NCBI GenBank assembly: GCA_963788445.1
Contig: CAWBGN010000007.1
Location: 35,550-99,549 of the forward strand
Source of the DNA: an uncultured Actinomycetota bacterium
GTDB taxonomy: Bacteria > Actinomycetota > Actinomycetes > Propionibacteriales > Nocardioidaceae
Direction of reading: 5' to 3'
DNA length: 64,000 nucleotides
The position numbers and the translations under genes are program-made. The stretch's first letter is position 1. The number at the start of each line of letters is the position of its first letter. Below the pieces are notes generated by a model that worked only from the letters and a program-made list of their open reading frames with translations, was not told where the DNA came from and ran no database searches. Shown piece by piece: positions 63,233 through 64,000 of this stretch.

Positions 63233-63997
63233 TCACTCGGGGGGCTTGGGCGTCTCGGCGGTCGGCCCACGACCGGCGCGGGCCTTGACCATCAGCTCGA
63301 CCGCCTCGTCGATGTCGTCGGTGACGGTGATCAGGGCGAGGTCGTCGGCGGAGACCTTGCCGTCGGCCTGCACCGTGTCGCGCAGCCAGCCCATGAGCCC
63401 GCCCCAGTAGTCGCAGCCGAGGAGCACGATCGGGAACGACGTCTTCTTGCCGGTCTGCACCAGGGTGAGCGCCTCGAACAGCTCGTCCATCGTCCCGATG
63501 CCGCCGGGGAGGGCGATGAAGCCCTGGGAGTACTTCACGAACATCGTCTTGCGGACGAAGAAGTAGCGGAAGTTGATGCCCTTGTCGACCCACGGGTTCA
63601 GGCCGGCCTCGAAGGGCAGCTCGATGCCGAGGCCGACGCTCACGCCACCGGCCTCGGAGGCGCCTTTGTTCGCGGCCTCCATGGCGCCGGGGCCACCGCC
63701 GGTGATCACCGCGAAACCGGACTCGACGAGGCGGCGTCCGACCGCCTCCGCCTGGCCGAAGTGCGGGTGGTCGGCCTTCGTCCGCGCAGATCCGAAGACC
63801 GCGACGGCCGGGCCGAGCTCGGCGAGCGAGCCGAAGCCCTCGACGAACTCCGACTGGATCCGGAGCACCCGCCAGGGGTCGGTGTGCACCCAGTCGCTGG
63901 CTCCCCGGGAGTCGAGCAGCCGCTGGTCGGTCGTGCCGGTGTCCACCTGGTCCCGGCGCATCAGCACCGGGCCGCGCCGCTTCGATCGGTCGTTCAT
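63233..63997 (-). CDS. LOG family (TIGR00730) Rossmann-fold protein
   Basis: VFGSAR, ITGGGPGAMEAAN, FFVRKTMF and PGGIGTMDE motifs. Confidence 0.92.
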   Translation of the reverse strand: MNDRSKRRGPVLMRRDQVDTGTTDQRLLDSRGASDWVHTDPWRVLRIQSEFVEGFGSLAELGPAVAVFGSARTKADHPHFGQAEAVGRRLVESGFAVITGGGPGAMEAANKGASEAGGVSVGLGIELPFEAGLNPWVDKGINFRYFFVRKTMFVKYSQGFIALPGGIGTMDELFEALTLVQTGKKTSFPIVLLGCDYWGGLMGWLRDTVQADGKVSADDLALITVTDDIDEAVELMVKARAGRGPTAETPKPPE

Positions 63998-64000
63998 CAG

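Overview
High-GC actinobacterial chromosome segment; the gene content and palindromic intergenic repeats look Nocardioides-like (inference). About 20 genes, including core ones, carry single-base frameshifts. This most likely reflects long-read consensus error, so CDS calls are stitched across frames and their ends are approximate. 1-11.8 kb is an accessory island: an intact IS30 in a nested palindromic target, three CPBP intramembrane proteases, a MalT-like LuxR regulator with a duplicated promoter, an IS110 remnant and a decayed dehydrogenase. Its right boundary falls inside the Tad-pilus ATPase gene cpaF/tadA. 19-24.8 kb holds a TasA-like subunit, a SipW-type signal peptidase, a six-repeat Ig-like protein and a two-component system with a degenerate kinase ATPase domain; this is a candidate donor-strand fibre/adhesin system and the most interesting locus here. 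24.8-30 kb is a Ku/LigD NHEJ cluster with an embedded L,D-transpeptidase, followed by a DUF222-HNH gene carrying REP-like inserts and a PafBC-type promoter. The rest is mostly housekeeping: CoA transferase, SLC13 permease, GntR, ABC exporter, amidase, NAD-GDH, pruA, WS/DGAT, SAF/CpaE-like genes, htrA-rseA-sigE, an O-methyltransferase with an apparent ATC start, leucyl aminopeptidase, PaaX, enoyl-CoA hydratase and LOG. No rRNA, tRNA or CRISPR array was seen. All family assignments come from motif recognition by eye, not database searches.
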